Assembly (NCBI GenBank): GCA_965226555.1
Contig: CBDDDG010000014.1
Span: 32,001-96,000, forward strand
Source of the DNA: Salinispira sp.
GTDB taxonomy: Bacteria > Spirochaetota > Spirochaetia > DSM-27196 > Salinispiraceae
Reading direction: 5' to 3'
DNA: 64,000 nucleotides
The notes under the pieces were generated by a model. The model was given only the letters and a program-made list of their open reading frames with translations. It was not told the DNA's origin and did not search any database. The position numbers and the translations under genes were made by a program. Shown one piece after another: positions 63,849 to 64,000 of the stretch; the first letter of the stretch is position 1; each line of letters opens with the position of its first letter.

Positions 63849-64000
63849 GCCTGTCGGCGATCCAATTAAAACCGAGTACCAAATTCGTATGCTCGCGCAG
63901 GCTGCGGAAATTTTGTTTGAACTGTTTTCTGAAATTGAAGCACTTATCAGGCCGGGCTGCACCGGCATTGAGGTACAGGATCATGCCCTCCAATACTTCA
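63841..64000 (+). CDS. Possible methionine aminopeptidase, 5' part
   Basis: MTEPVGDPIKTEYQIRML...LIRPGCTGIEV resembles the M24 N-terminus; truncated by the window end. Confidence 0.55.
   Translation, partial: MTEPVGDPIKTEYQIRMLAQAAEILFELFSEIEALIRPGCTGIEVQDHALQYF

Noticed and set aside
63847..63857. GAGCCTGTCGG matching the IS1182 left end
   Set aside because: Only 11 bp, inside a coding frame, with no further IS similarity

Overview
Spirochaete chromosome segment, judged from periplasmic FlaB, DUF5312-like proteins and spirochaetal lipoprotein signals; host association is inferred only. The housekeeping backbone includes dksA, lspA, pta, dapB, pfk, serC, a sigma70 factor, tRNA-Leu, eno, mdh, purH, hflX, cca, flaB and aroH. 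It is interrupted by five accessory islands built from the same parts. (i) Rpn/YhgA-like PD-(D/E)XK nuclease genes of two families (7 copies, plus stubs of a third). Each copy has an internal ribosome-binding site that could make the C-terminal tail as a separate small protein, and the tails are shuffled combinatorially between families. (ii) Mosaic FN3 + DUF285/BspA-like repeat surface lipoproteins (4 genes and 1 tail fragment); one is out of frame at a G10 tract in its signal peptide. (iii) A shared ~100-bp 5' leader and a GC-rich 3' motif. (iv) A modular TTTTGC-core-GCAAAA palindrome family. A 127-bp TA-flanked form sits inside two rpn genes, with its 32-bp core in opposite orientations. 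Also present: a GmrSD-like gene, a type II R-M pair, an IS1182 with its empty site preserved in a nearby duplication, and BrnT and xseB fragments. The best candidate for an undescribed system is this Rpn/lipoprotein cassette network. All family calls come from motif recognition by eye, not database searches.
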